Shown here: positions 11,361-20,293 of the stretch, one piece after another
Numbering within the stretch: the first letter of the stretch is position 1
How the letters are laid out: every line of letters begins with the position of its first letter
Source: Desulfobacterales bacterium
GTDB lineage: Bacteria; Desulfobacterota; Desulfobacteria; Desulfobacterales; UBA2174
Length of the DNA: 64,000 bases
NCBI GenBank assembly: GCA_963668645.2
Contig: CAXXWC010000013.1
Coordinates: forward strand, 243,615 to 307,614
Reading direction: 5' to 3'
Notes under the pieces: generated by a model
What the model was told of the DNA's origin: nothing
Seen by the model: the letters and a program-made list of their open reading frames with translations, nothing else
The model's database searches: none
Position numbers and translations under genes: made by a program

Positions 11361-12269
11361 ATGGACCCCCAATACTTTGCCGAACTGTTCCTCGGCGGCC
11401 TGACCCGCGGCAGCATTTATGCGCTGATCGCCCTGGGCTATACGATGGTCTACGGCATCATCGAGCTGATCAACTTCGCCCACGGCGAGATTTACATGAT
11501 CGGTGCCTTCACCGGCCTGATCGTGGCCACCGTGTTGACCCTGCTCGGATGGAACCAGATCGCCATTTTGGTCATCGCATCGGTGGCGGCCGTGATCTAT
11601 TCCTCCTGTTACGGCTTCACCATGGAGAAGGTCGCCTACAAACCGTTGCGCGGCGCCCCCCGGCTTTCGGTGCTGATCAGCGCCATAGGCATGTCGCTCT
11701 TTTTGCAAAACTACGTCCTGCTGGCCCAGACCTCAGACTTTCTGCCTTTTCCCAGCCTGGTGCCCGACTTCGATTTCTGGGAACCGTATGCCCATATCAT
11801 CAGCAGCCAGGAGATCGCCATCATCGGTGTAACGGCGGTGGTCATGCTCTTGCTGAGCCTGATGATCAAATTCACGCGGGTGGGCAAGGCGATGCGGGCC
11901 ACCAGCCAGGATCGCGACATGGCGATGCTGGTCGGAGTCGACGTGAACCGGGTGATCTCGATGACTTTCATCATCGGCTCGGCCACCGCCGCTTTGGGGG
12001 CGGTGCTGATCGCCTCGCACATCGGCCAGATTAACTTTTATATCGGGTTCATTGCGGGCATAAAGGCCTTCGTGGCCGCGGTGCTGGGCGGGATCGGATC
12101 GGTGCCCGGAGCCGTGGTGGGCGCCCTGGTGCTCGGCTGGACCGAAAGCTTTTTCACCGGATACATCTCCAGCGATTACGAGGACGTGTTCGCCTTTGTT
12201 TTCCTGGTCTGCATCCTGATTTTCCGGCCCGCAGGCATTCTGGGCCGGTCGGACACCCAAAAAGTCTAA
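11361..12269 (+). CDS. livH: Branched-chain amino acid ABC permease
   Basis: GSIYALIALGYTMVYGI..LINFAHGE and KAFVAAVLGGIGS motifs. Confidence 0.93.
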   Translation: MDPQYFAELFLGGLTRGSIYALIALGYTMVYGIIELINFAHGEIYMIGAFTGLIVATVLTLLGWNQIAILVIASVAAVIYSSCYGFTMEKVAYKPLRGAPRLSVLISAIGMSLFLQNYVLLAQTSDFLPFPSLVPDFDFWEPYAHIISSQEIAIIGVTAVVMLLLSLMIKFTRVGKAMRATSQDRDMAMLVGVDVNRVISMTFIIGSATAALGAVLIASHIGQINFYIGFIAGIKAFVAAVLGGIGSVPGAVVGALVLGWTESFFTGYISSDYEDVFAFVFLVCILIFRPAGILGRSDTQKV

Positions 12270-12294
12270 CCCCTGGCCGATCCGGGGAACGGTC

Positions 12295-13524
12295 GTGATC
12301 CCAATGCCGAGTTTCGTCGAAATCCGCAAGTCGCTGCTGGTGTCGATCTGGTTTATGTTCCTGACCTTTCCGATCATGGTCATCCGGGTCAACACCGTCG
12401 AAAACATCATCGAATGGCGCTGGCGCCACATGCTGATCGTGGGGCTGGGCAGCTTTCTGCTTTCCTTTGTCTGGCGTTACATGATCCGCCGCAAGGAGAT
12501 GGGCATCAAGCGCCAGCGTGAAGGCGAGGGGCCGCGTCTTTCCATCTTTCAGCGCCTGACCGAGGACCGGCGCATTTTTCTGCCCGGCGTGGCGTTGATT
12601 TCGATTGTCGCGGTGGCCTTTCCCTTTGTTTTTTCCATGTATCAGACCAATATTCTGACCACCGCCCTGATGTACATCATGCTCGGTCTGGGGCTGAACA
12701 TCGTGGTGGGGGTCGCCGGCCTGCTCGACCTGGGCTACGTGGCCTTTTACGCCGTGGGTGCCTACACCTACGCGTTGCTCAACTACCATTTCGGCCTCAA
12801 TTTCTGGGTCTGCCTGCCCATCGGAGCGGCCATGGGGGCGCTATTCGGGATCCTGCTCGGGTTTCCGGTGCTGCGGCTGCGTGGCGATTACCTGGCCATC
12901 GTAACCCTCGGCTTCGGTGAGATCATCCGGCTGATTCTCGAAAACTGGAACGCGTTCTCCTTCGGGCCCAGCGGCATCGCCAACATTCCGCGGCCCGGGC
13001 TTTTCGGCCTGGACCTGTCGCTGGAAGGGTATACGATCTACATTTACTTTCTGGTCATGGCGCTTACGGTTTTTACCATCTTCATGGTCAACCGGCTGCA
13101 AAACTCGCGCATCGGACGCGCCTGGCTGGCTTTGCGTGAGGACGAAATCGCCTGCCAGGCCATGGGCATCGACAAGACCCGGACCAAGCTGACCGCCTTT
13201 GCTCTGGGCGCCACCTGGGCCGGACTGGCCGGGGTGGTTTTCGCCGCCAAGACGACCTTCATCAACCCGGCCAGCTTTACCATCTGGGAGTCGATCATCA
13301 TCCTGTGCGTGGTGGTGCTCGGCGGCATGGGATCGATCCTGGGCGTGATTTTCGGAGCCCTGGTGCTGATCCTGGTGCCCGAATACCTGCGGGCGGTCAG
13401 CGAATACCGCATGCTGGTCTTCGGTTGCGTGCTGGTGCTGATGATGGTCTTCCGGCCGGGAGGGATAGTGAGCAACGTGCGCCGCACCTATAAATTCGAG
13501 GGGAGCGACAGCGATGGCAAGTGA
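12295..13524 (+). CDS. livM: Branched-chain amino acid ABC permease
   Basis: GLNIVVG.AGLLDLGYVAF and LRLRGDYLAIVTLGFGEI motifs. Confidence 0.93.
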   Translation: MIPMPSFVEIRKSLLVSIWFMFLTFPIMVIRVNTVENIIEWRWRHMLIVGLGSFLLSFVWRYMIRRKEMGIKRQREGEGPRLSIFQRLTEDRRIFLPGVALISIVAVAFPFVFSMYQTNILTTALMYIMLGLGLNIVVGVAGLLDLGYVAFYAVGAYTYALLNYHFGLNFWVCLPIGAAMGALFGILLGFPVLRLRGDYLAIVTLGFGEIIRLILENWNAFSFGPSGIANIPRPGLFGLDLSLEGYTIYIYFLVMALTVFTIFMVNRLQNSRIGRAWLALREDEIACQAMGIDKTRTKLTAFALGATWAGLAGVVFAAKTTFINPASFTIWESIIILCVVVLGGMGSILGVIFGALVLILVPEYLRAVSEYRMLVFGCVLVLMMVFRPGGIVSNVRRTYKFEGSDSDGK

Positions 13525-14323
13525 GGTTCAGCAGGTGGCGCCGATCCTCGAAGTGCGGCAACTGAGCATGGATTTCGGCGGGCTGCGGGCCATGGACCGC
13601 CTTGATCTGGAGATTCACCAAGGGGAAATCGTGGCCCTGATCGGCCCCAACGGGGCGGGCAAGACCACCTTTTTCAATTGCATCACCGGGATCTACAATC
13701 CTACCGGCGGCGATGTGCTGGTGCGGCCGCCGGGCGGCAAGTCCAGACGGATCAACGGCCTGAAGCCCAACCGGGTCACCCAGATCGGCCTGGCACGAAC
13801 CTTTCAGAATATCCGCCTTTTTCAGCAGATGACCGTGCTTGAAAACGTGATGATCGGACGCCACTGCTGCATGCGGTCCGGCATCCCGGGCGCAGTTTTC
13901 CGCCCGCCGCGGACGGTACGCGAAGAAAAACAGGCCGTAACGGACAGCTACCGCATCCTGGAAAAGATCGGACTGGAACGCTTCGTCAACGAATTGAGCA
14001 AGAATCTGCCCTATGGGGCCCAGCGGCGTTTGGAGATTGCCCGCGCCCTGGCCACCGACCCCTTTTTGCTGCTTCTGGACGAGCCGGCCGCCGGCTTGAA
14101 TCCCCATGAAACCATGGAGCTGGACCATCTGATCCTCCGTTTGCGCGATGAGGAAAATGTGTCGATTCTGCTTATCGAGCACGACATGAAGCTCGTAATG
14201 AGCCTCTCGGACCGCATTTACGTGGTAGACTACGGCAAGAAGATCGCCGAGGGGGCGCCGGGTCAGATCAAGAATGATCCGGTGGTGATCAAGGCTTACC
14301 TGGGAGAGGAATACGCCGCCTGA
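13514..14323 (+). CDS. livG: Branched-chain amino acid ABC ATP-binding protein
   Basis: GPNGAGKTT, ARTFQNIRLF and LLLDEPAAG motifs; ends KAYLG. Confidence 0.93.
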   Translation: MASEVQQVAPILEVRQLSMDFGGLRAMDRLDLEIHQGEIVALIGPNGAGKTTFFNCITGIYNPTGGDVLVRPPGGKSRRINGLKPNRVTQIGLARTFQNIRLFQQMTVLENVMIGRHCCMRSGIPGAVFRPPRTVREEKQAVTDSYRILEKIGLERFVNELSKNLPYGAQRRLEIARALATDPFLLLLDEPAAGLNPHETMELDHLILRLRDEENVSILLIEHDMKLVMSLSDRIYVVDYGKKIAEGAPGQIKNDPVVIKAYLGEEYAA

Positions 14324-14364
14324 CGGCCGGTGCGGCGGTCCGGGCACGGCAGAGATCGAGGCGC

Positions 14365-15072
14365 ATGCTGAACATCGACAACATCAAGACCTACTACGGC
14401 AATATCCAGGCCCTCAAAGGGGTCAGCCTCACCATTGCGACCGGGGAGATCATCTGTTTGATCGGCGCCAACGGCGCCGGCAAGTCGACCACCTTGATGA
14501 GCATCTGCGGTGTGGTGCCGCCGCGTACAGGACGGATCGTTTTCGAGGAACGGGAGATCCAGGATCTGCCCACCAACCGCATCGTGGAGATGGGCATCGT
14601 GCAGGTGCCGGAGGGGCGGCGCATCTTTCCCTACCTCACCGTGGCCGAAAACCTCGATATGGGGGCTTTTTTACGCAAGGACAAAGCCGCCATCGCCCAG
14701 GACCTGGAATACATCTACGCGCTGTTTCCCATCCTGGCCCAGCGCCGCCACCAGGCCGGTGGAACCCTCTCCGGCGGCGAGCAGCAGATGCTGGCCATCA
14801 GCCGGGCGTTGATGGCCCGGCCCCGCCTGCTGCTGCTGGATGAACCGTCTCTCGGTTTGGCCCCCCTGGTGGTCAAGCAGATCTTCGAGATTATCGCCAA
14901 GATCAACCGTGAAAACAATACCACCATATTCTTGGTGGAACAAAACGCCAACCTGGCCTTGCAGGTGGCCCACCGGGGCTACGTGATGGAAACCGGGCGC
15001 ATCACCCTCACCGACACGGCGGCTCGCCTGTTGGCCAATGAGGATGTCAAACGCGCCTATCTCGGCATATGA
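14365..15072 (+). CDS. livF: Branched-chain amino acid ABC ATP-binding protein
   Basis: GANGAGKST, LSGGEQQML and DEPSLGLAP motifs. Confidence 0.93.
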   Translation: MLNIDNIKTYYGNIQALKGVSLTIATGEIICLIGANGAGKSTTLMSICGVVPPRTGRIVFEEREIQDLPTNRIVEMGIVQVPEGRRIFPYLTVAENLDMGAFLRKDKAAIAQDLEYIYALFPILAQRRHQAGGTLSGGEQQMLAISRALMARPRLLLLDEPSLGLAPLVVKQIFEIIAKINRENNTTIFLVEQNANLALQVAHRGYVMETGRITLTDTAARLLANEDVKRAYLGI

Positions 15073-15179
15073 CGTTTTGAACTCCGGGCGTGGTGCGACG
15101 CTGCCGCGTCGAATCGGCCGGCCGGAGGACTTTTGGCACCAGGCGGGATTTGCCGGGCAAACCCCGCCGGTTCGATGCA

Positions 15180-16247
15180 ATGCGGACGACTCCCTCCATA
15201 CGAGAGGCCTTCGAGGCGCGCGAGCGCAGCTTCATGTCCCCCTTCGGGTGCCTGAGCAGCGCCTCCCGGGGCCGGCAGCATCCTGAAAAGAATTCGCTGA
15301 TCCGCACCGCCTTCCAGCGTGACCGGGACCGGATCATGTACTCCAACGCCTTCCGGCGTCTCAAGCACAAGACCCAGGTTTTTCTGTCCCCTCTGGGCGA
15401 GCAGTATCGCACCCGGTTGACCCACACCCTCGAGGTGGCTCAGATCGCGCGCAACATCGCCCGGGCCATGCGGCTCAACGAAGATCTGGCCGAGGCGATC
15501 TCCCTGGGCCACGATCTGGGCCACACCCCCTTCGGCCACAGCGGGGAGACCGCTCTCAAAGAGGTCTTCGGCGCCGATTTTTCCCACAACGAACAGAGCC
15601 TGCGCATCGTCGACATTCTTGAAAGAAACGGCCGGGGATTGAATCTTACCGAGGAGGTGCGCGACGGCATTCTGCGCCACTCCAAGGGGTACGGCCCCAT
15701 CATCGTGGACAATCCCCAGGAGAGCGCCGCCACCGTGGAGGGCCAGATCGTGCGGGTGGCCGACATCATGGCCTATCTCAACCACGACTTGGACGATGCC
15801 ATCCGCAGCGGGGTGATCCGTCCCCAGCAGGTGCCGCCGGTTTGCCAGAAAGTGTTGGGAGGCGACCATGGAGCCCGGGCCACCACCATGGTGCGGGACG
15901 TGGTGTTCAGCAGCCGGGTGGAAGGGGACCGATTGCTGCTGCGCATCAGCGAACCGGTGGCCGAGGCGATGCACGCGCTTCGAAGCTTCCTTTATGACAA
16001 CGTGTATCGTAGCGCGCGGGTGCATAACGAATTCATCAAGGCCAAGAAGATCATCCGAGACCTTTATGTCTATTTTCTGGACCACCCTGATCATCTCTAC
16101 AACGAACTGGCCAACCTGGAGATGGCCGCCTGCTACGATAACGGCTCGCCGCCAGAACGGGTGGTGTGCGACCTGATCGCCAGCATGACCGACCACAGCG
16201 CCCTGACCCTCTATCAGAAAATCTTCTTCCCCTCGCCGATGGTCTGA
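15180..16247 (+). CDS. dgt: Deoxyguanosinetriphosphate triphosphohydrolase (HD domain)
   Basis: FQRDRDRI, FRRLKHKTQVF, RTRLTHTLEV and HDLGHTPFGHSGE motifs. Confidence 0.93.
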   Translation: MRTTPSIREAFEARERSFMSPFGCLSSASRGRQHPEKNSLIRTAFQRDRDRIMYSNAFRRLKHKTQVFLSPLGEQYRTRLTHTLEVAQIARNIARAMRLNEDLAEAISLGHDLGHTPFGHSGETALKEVFGADFSHNEQSLRIVDILERNGRGLNLTEEVRDGILRHSKGYGPIIVDNPQESAATVEGQIVRVADIMAYLNHDLDDAIRSGVIRPQQVPPVCQKVLGGDHGARATTMVRDVVFSSRVEGDRLLLRISEPVAEAMHALRSFLYDNVYRSARVHNEFIKAKKIIRDLYVYFLDHPDHLYNELANLEMAACYDNGSPPERVVCDLIASMTDHSALTLYQKIFFPSPMV

Positions 16248-16250
16248 CCG

Positions 16251-16829
16251 ATGGATCTATACGCCCTGACCACTCAGGCCCGGCCCTTGCTCGATGGGCT
16301 GCACGACTTGTATGCCCAGATGGACCGGGACTACCAGCAGGTGGCGGCCGCTTACGGTTTTTCCTGCCGGGGGTGTGCCGACAACTGCTGCCGCACCCGT
16401 TTTCATCATCACACCCTGATCGAGTGGCTGGATCTGGAGGACGGTTTGCAGCGCATGCCGCCCCGGACCCAGACTGCCATCCTGGCCCTGGCGACGGAGC
16501 CAGCCCCTGATGCACCGTGCCCCTTATGGGACGGGGGCCGGTGCCGGCTTTATGGCCACCGGCCGATGATCTGCCGGCTGCATGGGCTGCCCCACAGGCT
16601 GCGGCGGCCCGACGGCGTGGAACAGATCGGACCAGGCTGCGCTGAATTTCACCGGCTTTGCGGTCCGGCCTACCTGCGGCTGGACCGGACCCCCCTTTAC
16701 CGCGCTCTGGCCGCACTGGAGGCAGAGCTGCGCCAAGCCGTAACGTTTCGCGATCGGATTCGCATGACGGTGGCCGAGATGATCGCCGCCGGCCGGAGCG
16801 GGCGGATCGCAGGAGGAGAGGGGGCATGA
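16251..16829 (+). CDS. YkgJ-like (CxxCxxCC) zinc/iron-chelating protein
   Basis: CRGCADNCC...CPL...CRLYGHRPMICRLHG. Confidence 0.8.
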   Translation: MDLYALTTQARPLLDGLHDLYAQMDRDYQQVAAAYGFSCRGCADNCCRTRFHHHTLIEWLDLEDGLQRMPPRTQTAILALATEPAPDAPCPLWDGGRCRLYGHRPMICRLHGLPHRLRRPDGVEQIGPGCAEFHRLCGPAYLRLDRTPLYRALAALEAELRQAVTFRDRIRMTVAEMIAAGRSGRIAGGEGA

Positions 16830-17614
16830 AACGTATCGATGCCGGTGCGGCCGAAGAGCTGAGCGGGCGCCGGCTGGGACCGGATGAATCCTTCGATTTC
16901 GCCTGCCATCGGGATCTGGCCTGTTTCAACCGGTGCTGCCGCAACCTGAACCTTTACCTTTATCCTTACGACGTGCTGCGGTTGACGCGGCGGCTGGGGA
17001 TCGGTGCCGAGCGGTTCATCGACGGCCATGTGGACGTGGTCCTGCGGCCCGGCCACCATTTTCCCGATGTGCTGTTGCGGATGGCCGACGGCGTGGACCA
17101 TCCTTGCCCCTTCGTCTCGGATGCGGGTTGCGGGGTTTACGGTGACCGGCCCTTTACCTGCCGCAGTTTTCCCATGGAAAAAGGCCTGCTCTCCTCCCAG
17201 GGAGGTGGGGCTGCCGGCGAGGCGGTCTACTGGCTGCGCCCTCCCGATTTCTGTCTGGGTCCCGGTCAACCCCAGGCCACCACGGCCCGGGACTGGTTCC
17301 AGGAGTCCGACACCCGGATCTATGACCGCTGGACCGAACGGTGGGCCCGGATTCAGCAGCGCTTCACCGAAGACCCCTGGGGGGTGGAGGGGCCGGGGGG
17401 GCGGCGGGCCAAGATGGCCTTCATGGCCGCCTACAACTTGGAAGGGCTGCGCCGCTTTGTCTTCGAGAGCAGCTTTCTCAAACGCTTCAAAGTCGACCCG
17501 GATCGGCTACGGCGCATCCGCCGCGACGACGAGGCCCTTCTCGATCTGGGGTTGGAATGGATCGGGCTGTTTCTCTGGGGCGTGCAGAGCCGGATGATTC
17601 GGCCCAGGAGATAA
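16826..17614 (+). CDS. YkgJ family cysteine-cluster protein
   Basis: FACH...CFNRCC, CPFV...GCGVYGDRPFTCRSFP. ATGA overlap with the upstream gene and a GGAG RBS. Confidence 0.85.
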   Translation: MKRIDAGAAEELSGRRLGPDESFDFACHRDLACFNRCCRNLNLYLYPYDVLRLTRRLGIGAERFIDGHVDVVLRPGHHFPDVLLRMADGVDHPCPFVSDAGCGVYGDRPFTCRSFPMEKGLLSSQGGGAAGEAVYWLRPPDFCLGPGQPQATTARDWFQESDTRIYDRWTERWARIQQRFTEDPWGVEGPGGRRAKMAFMAAYNLEGLRRFVFESSFLKRFKVDPDRLRRIRRDDEALLDLGLEWIGLFLWGVQSRMIRPRR

Positions 17615-17680
17615 TCGCTACGACCTTGTTGGCGGCTTTCGTCGTAAGGTTGAGCAGCATGAATCCGGGAAGTTCAACGG

Positions 17681-18505
17681 CTAATAGATCTTTTCCACCC
17701 CTTCGGGCATCGGCGCCACCGTTTCCCCGCCCAACACGTAGCCCCCGTCCAGGCGCAGGATGCTGCCGGTCATGTAAGGGGCTTGGCTCAGCAAAAAGCG
17801 CACGGCCCGTACCACATCCTGAAGCGTTCCGATCCGTTTGAGCAGCACGTGGTCGACCAGGGCCCGGCGCTGGGCCGCATCCAGCAGTCCCCAGCCTCGG
17901 GTATCCGGTCCGTGGCGGGTTTCCACCAGGCCGAGCATCAGTTCGTTGACCCGCACCTCGGGGGCCCCGAGCCGGGCCCAGGTTTCCGTGAGCAGGGAGA
18001 CGGCCCGGTTGGCGGCGGCATAGCCATCGTTGTACAGGAAGCTCGCCGGGCCGCTGCGCCCGACGAGGGCCGCGATGGACGAAACGTTGACCACCGCGCC
18101 GCTGCCGGCGGCCTTGAGATAGGGCAAGGCCGCCTGGAAGACCCACTGTTTGGCGCGCAGGCTGGTTTCCTGTTCCAGATCCCACTGGGCGGTGGTGTAG
18201 GCGCCGTGGACCACCGGCCAGCCGCCACGCTCGATATTGTTGATCAGAATGTCGATGCGCCCGAAGTGGGCGTTGACCTTTTCGACCAGATCCGCTGCGG
18301 CCCGGGTGTCACGCAGATCTGCGGGAACCAGCAGGTGGCGCGCGCCACTTTCGGCAAGGTCGCGCTGCAGGGCCGGCAGGGCCTCGGGCCAGTCGAAGTA
18401 GGAGATGGCCACCGCCGCGCCGGCCCGGGCTAGGTCCATGGCGATGGCCTTGCCGATCCCCTTGATGGCGCCGAGCACCAGGGCTGTCTTGCCGTTCAGG
18501 TTCAT
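17681..18505 (-). CDS. SDR family oxidoreductase
   Basis: GAIKGIG, DILINN, VNVSS and MTGSILRLDGG motifs. The catalytic motif reads YAAAN instead of YxxxK. Confidence 0.85.
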   Translation of the reverse strand: MNLNGKTALVLGAIKGIGKAIAMDLARAGAAVAISYFDWPEALPALQRDLAESGARHLLVPADLRDTRAAADLVEKVNAHFGRIDILINNIERGGWPVVHGAYTTAQWDLEQETSLRAKQWVFQAALPYLKAAGSGAVVNVSSIAALVGRSGPASFLYNDGYAAANRAVSLLTETWARLGAPEVRVNELMLGLVETRHGPDTRGWGLLDAAQRRALVDHVLLKRIGTLQDVVRAVRFLLSQAPYMTGSILRLDGGYVLGGETVAPMPEGVEKIY

Positions 18506-19266
18506 CGATGGGCTCCTGTTGGGGCCAGGGCTTCGAGCAGTGCCTCCACCCAGCGGTAGGCGAAGCGGATCAGTGCCTCGTCGTCCTCGGCCAGGGCCTG
18601 GCGTTCATGCGCCGAGGGGACCAGGGGATCGTCCTGGGGCCGGTTCAAAAGATGGCGCCGGAAACGGTCCGGATCGTACAGGGCGGTGTGCACCCGGGTT
18701 TGAATCGACGGGGGCAGAGGGGAGGGGTGGCGGCGGCGTTTGAGGCCGATCAGGCCCACCATGGGATCGTTCATGCGGTGGTATTCGGCCAGCCCCTGGT
18801 CTTCGATCCAGTCGCGGACCCGCTGTTTCGCCGGCGCCTCGTGGCCGCGGCAGTGGGGTTCGCGCACAAGGGCGAAATGCTCCTCGATCGGCCCGGCAGG
18901 GCCGGTGCGGCGGATCGCCCTTGCCAGCGGATAAAGCCGGCAGGCGGCCGGCCGGTGGGCATAGACCCGGCAGCCTTGGGCAGTGACAAAGGGGCAGATC
19001 AAATCCCGGGACGGATCGAAACGCAGGCTGATCACGGGCAATCCGCTCATCGGGCCGTCATGGGTATTGGTGAACTGTGCCAGAAAACGGTCCGACGGCA
19101 GCTCCAGATGACGGCAAAGCCTCAGGATATCATAAGGGTAAAGGGCCTGGTTCAGGTCCCGGCAGCACTGATTAAAGCAGGGTACCACGGGGCCGCAGGC
19201 GAATGCGAAGTTCTGGTCGGCGGTTGTGGGAACGAGTTCTGGCTGCATGAGGCCATCTGGTATCAT
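18502..19266 (-). CDS. YkgJ family cysteine-cluster protein
   Basis: FAC...CFNQCCRDLNQALYPYDILRL, CPFV...CRVYAHRPAACRLYP. Paralog of 16826-17614. Start uncertain (19266 or 19248). Confidence 0.85.
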   Translation of the reverse strand: MIPDGLMQPELVPTTADQNFAFACGPVVPCFNQCCRDLNQALYPYDILRLCRHLELPSDRFLAQFTNTHDGPMSGLPVISLRFDPSRDLICPFVTAQGCRVYAHRPAACRLYPLARAIRRTGPAGPIEEHFALVREPHCRGHEAPAKQRVRDWIEDQGLAEYHRMNDPMVGLIGLKRRRHPSPLPPSIQTRVHTALYDPDRFRRHLLNRPQDDPLVPSAHERQALAEDDEALIRFAYRWVEALLEALAPTGAHR

Positions 19267-19496
19267 GTCTGGCGGACGAGTCAAGACCGGGGTTGGCGAA
19301 AGATGGTTGCGACGACGGCAAACCGGACCCGCCGCCCGCATCACGGACGAACCGGCCCGGTTGCGATGGCGGGGGGTGAAAAGAGATGTTGGTACCAGAT
19401 ATAGTACCACTGCAAGAGGGAACAACCACATATGGAAAGACGGGTGAATGGTCTGAAAACGGTTTGATCTCGGGATGTTTTAAGATCCAAAAGTGC

Positions 19497-19525
19497 TTGA
19501 CAAGCCCAGGGGGGGATGGTAAAAA
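19497..19525 (+). promoter_or_regulatory. Putative sigma70 promoter for aprBA
   Basis: TTGACA, 17 nt spacer, TAAAAA, with TGG immediately before the -10, in an AT-richer intergenic region. Confidence 0.55.
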
Positions 19526-19786
19526 AGCAGCTTGATTGCGATAAATATCTGCCTGAATTTATAGATGATTTTAATATTCTTGGGGGTTTCCGGGACCTTG
19601 TGGTGCGGCCGGAGGCCTCTATTCTGCCCCCACCGAGCGAGGAGACCGGATCTTTCGGAAGAGTTGGCAAGGACTGCCATATTTAAAATGACGGCGAGAG
19701 AGGAGGTGCAAGCCAAACGAAAGAGATTTCCAAGTGTGATGATCGTATCCATCCAACACGTCAACCGCAATCAGGAGGTATGCTAA

Positions 19787-20224
19787 ATGCCAAGCTTTGT
19801 CATTCAGGAAAAGTGTGACGGCTGCAAGGGCGGCGAAAAAACGGCCTGCATGTACATCTGCCCGAACGATCTGATGGTTCTGGATCCCAACGCGATGAAG
19901 GCTTACAACCAAGAGCCGGATCAGTGCTGGGAATGCTTTTCATGCGTCAAAATCTGCCCGACCCAGGCCATTGAAGTTCGCGGCTATGCCGACTTCGTGC
20001 CGCTGGGAAGCTCGATCATGCCGATGATGGGCACCGAAGATGTCATGTGGACCTGCAAGTTCCGCAACGGCGTTGTCAAACGCTTCAAGTTCCCCATCCG
20101 GACCACTCCTGAGGGCGCTGCCAACGCCTACGACAGTCTCCAGGGCAAGGATCTGGACAGCGAACTGCTCAGCACCGAAGAAGCCGACGGCTATACCATC
20201 CCCAAGCCCCAGGCCACGGTCTAG
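19787..20224 (+). CDS. aprB: Adenylylsulfate reductase beta subunit
   Basis: CDGCKGGEKTACMYICP and CWECFSCVKICP clusters; KRFKFPIRTT. Confidence 0.98.
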   Translation: MPSFVIQEKCDGCKGGEKTACMYICPNDLMVLDPNAMKAYNQEPDQCWECFSCVKICPTQAIEVRGYADFVPLGSSIMPMMGTEDVMWTCKFRNGVVKRFKFPIRTTPEGAANAYDSLQGKDLDSELLSTEEADGYTIPKPQATV

Positions 20225-20293
20225 CACGCATCGATGTCCGGACGCTTCTGGCATTGCACATTCAAAAGACCTGTACCGTAAGGAGGAAACGAT

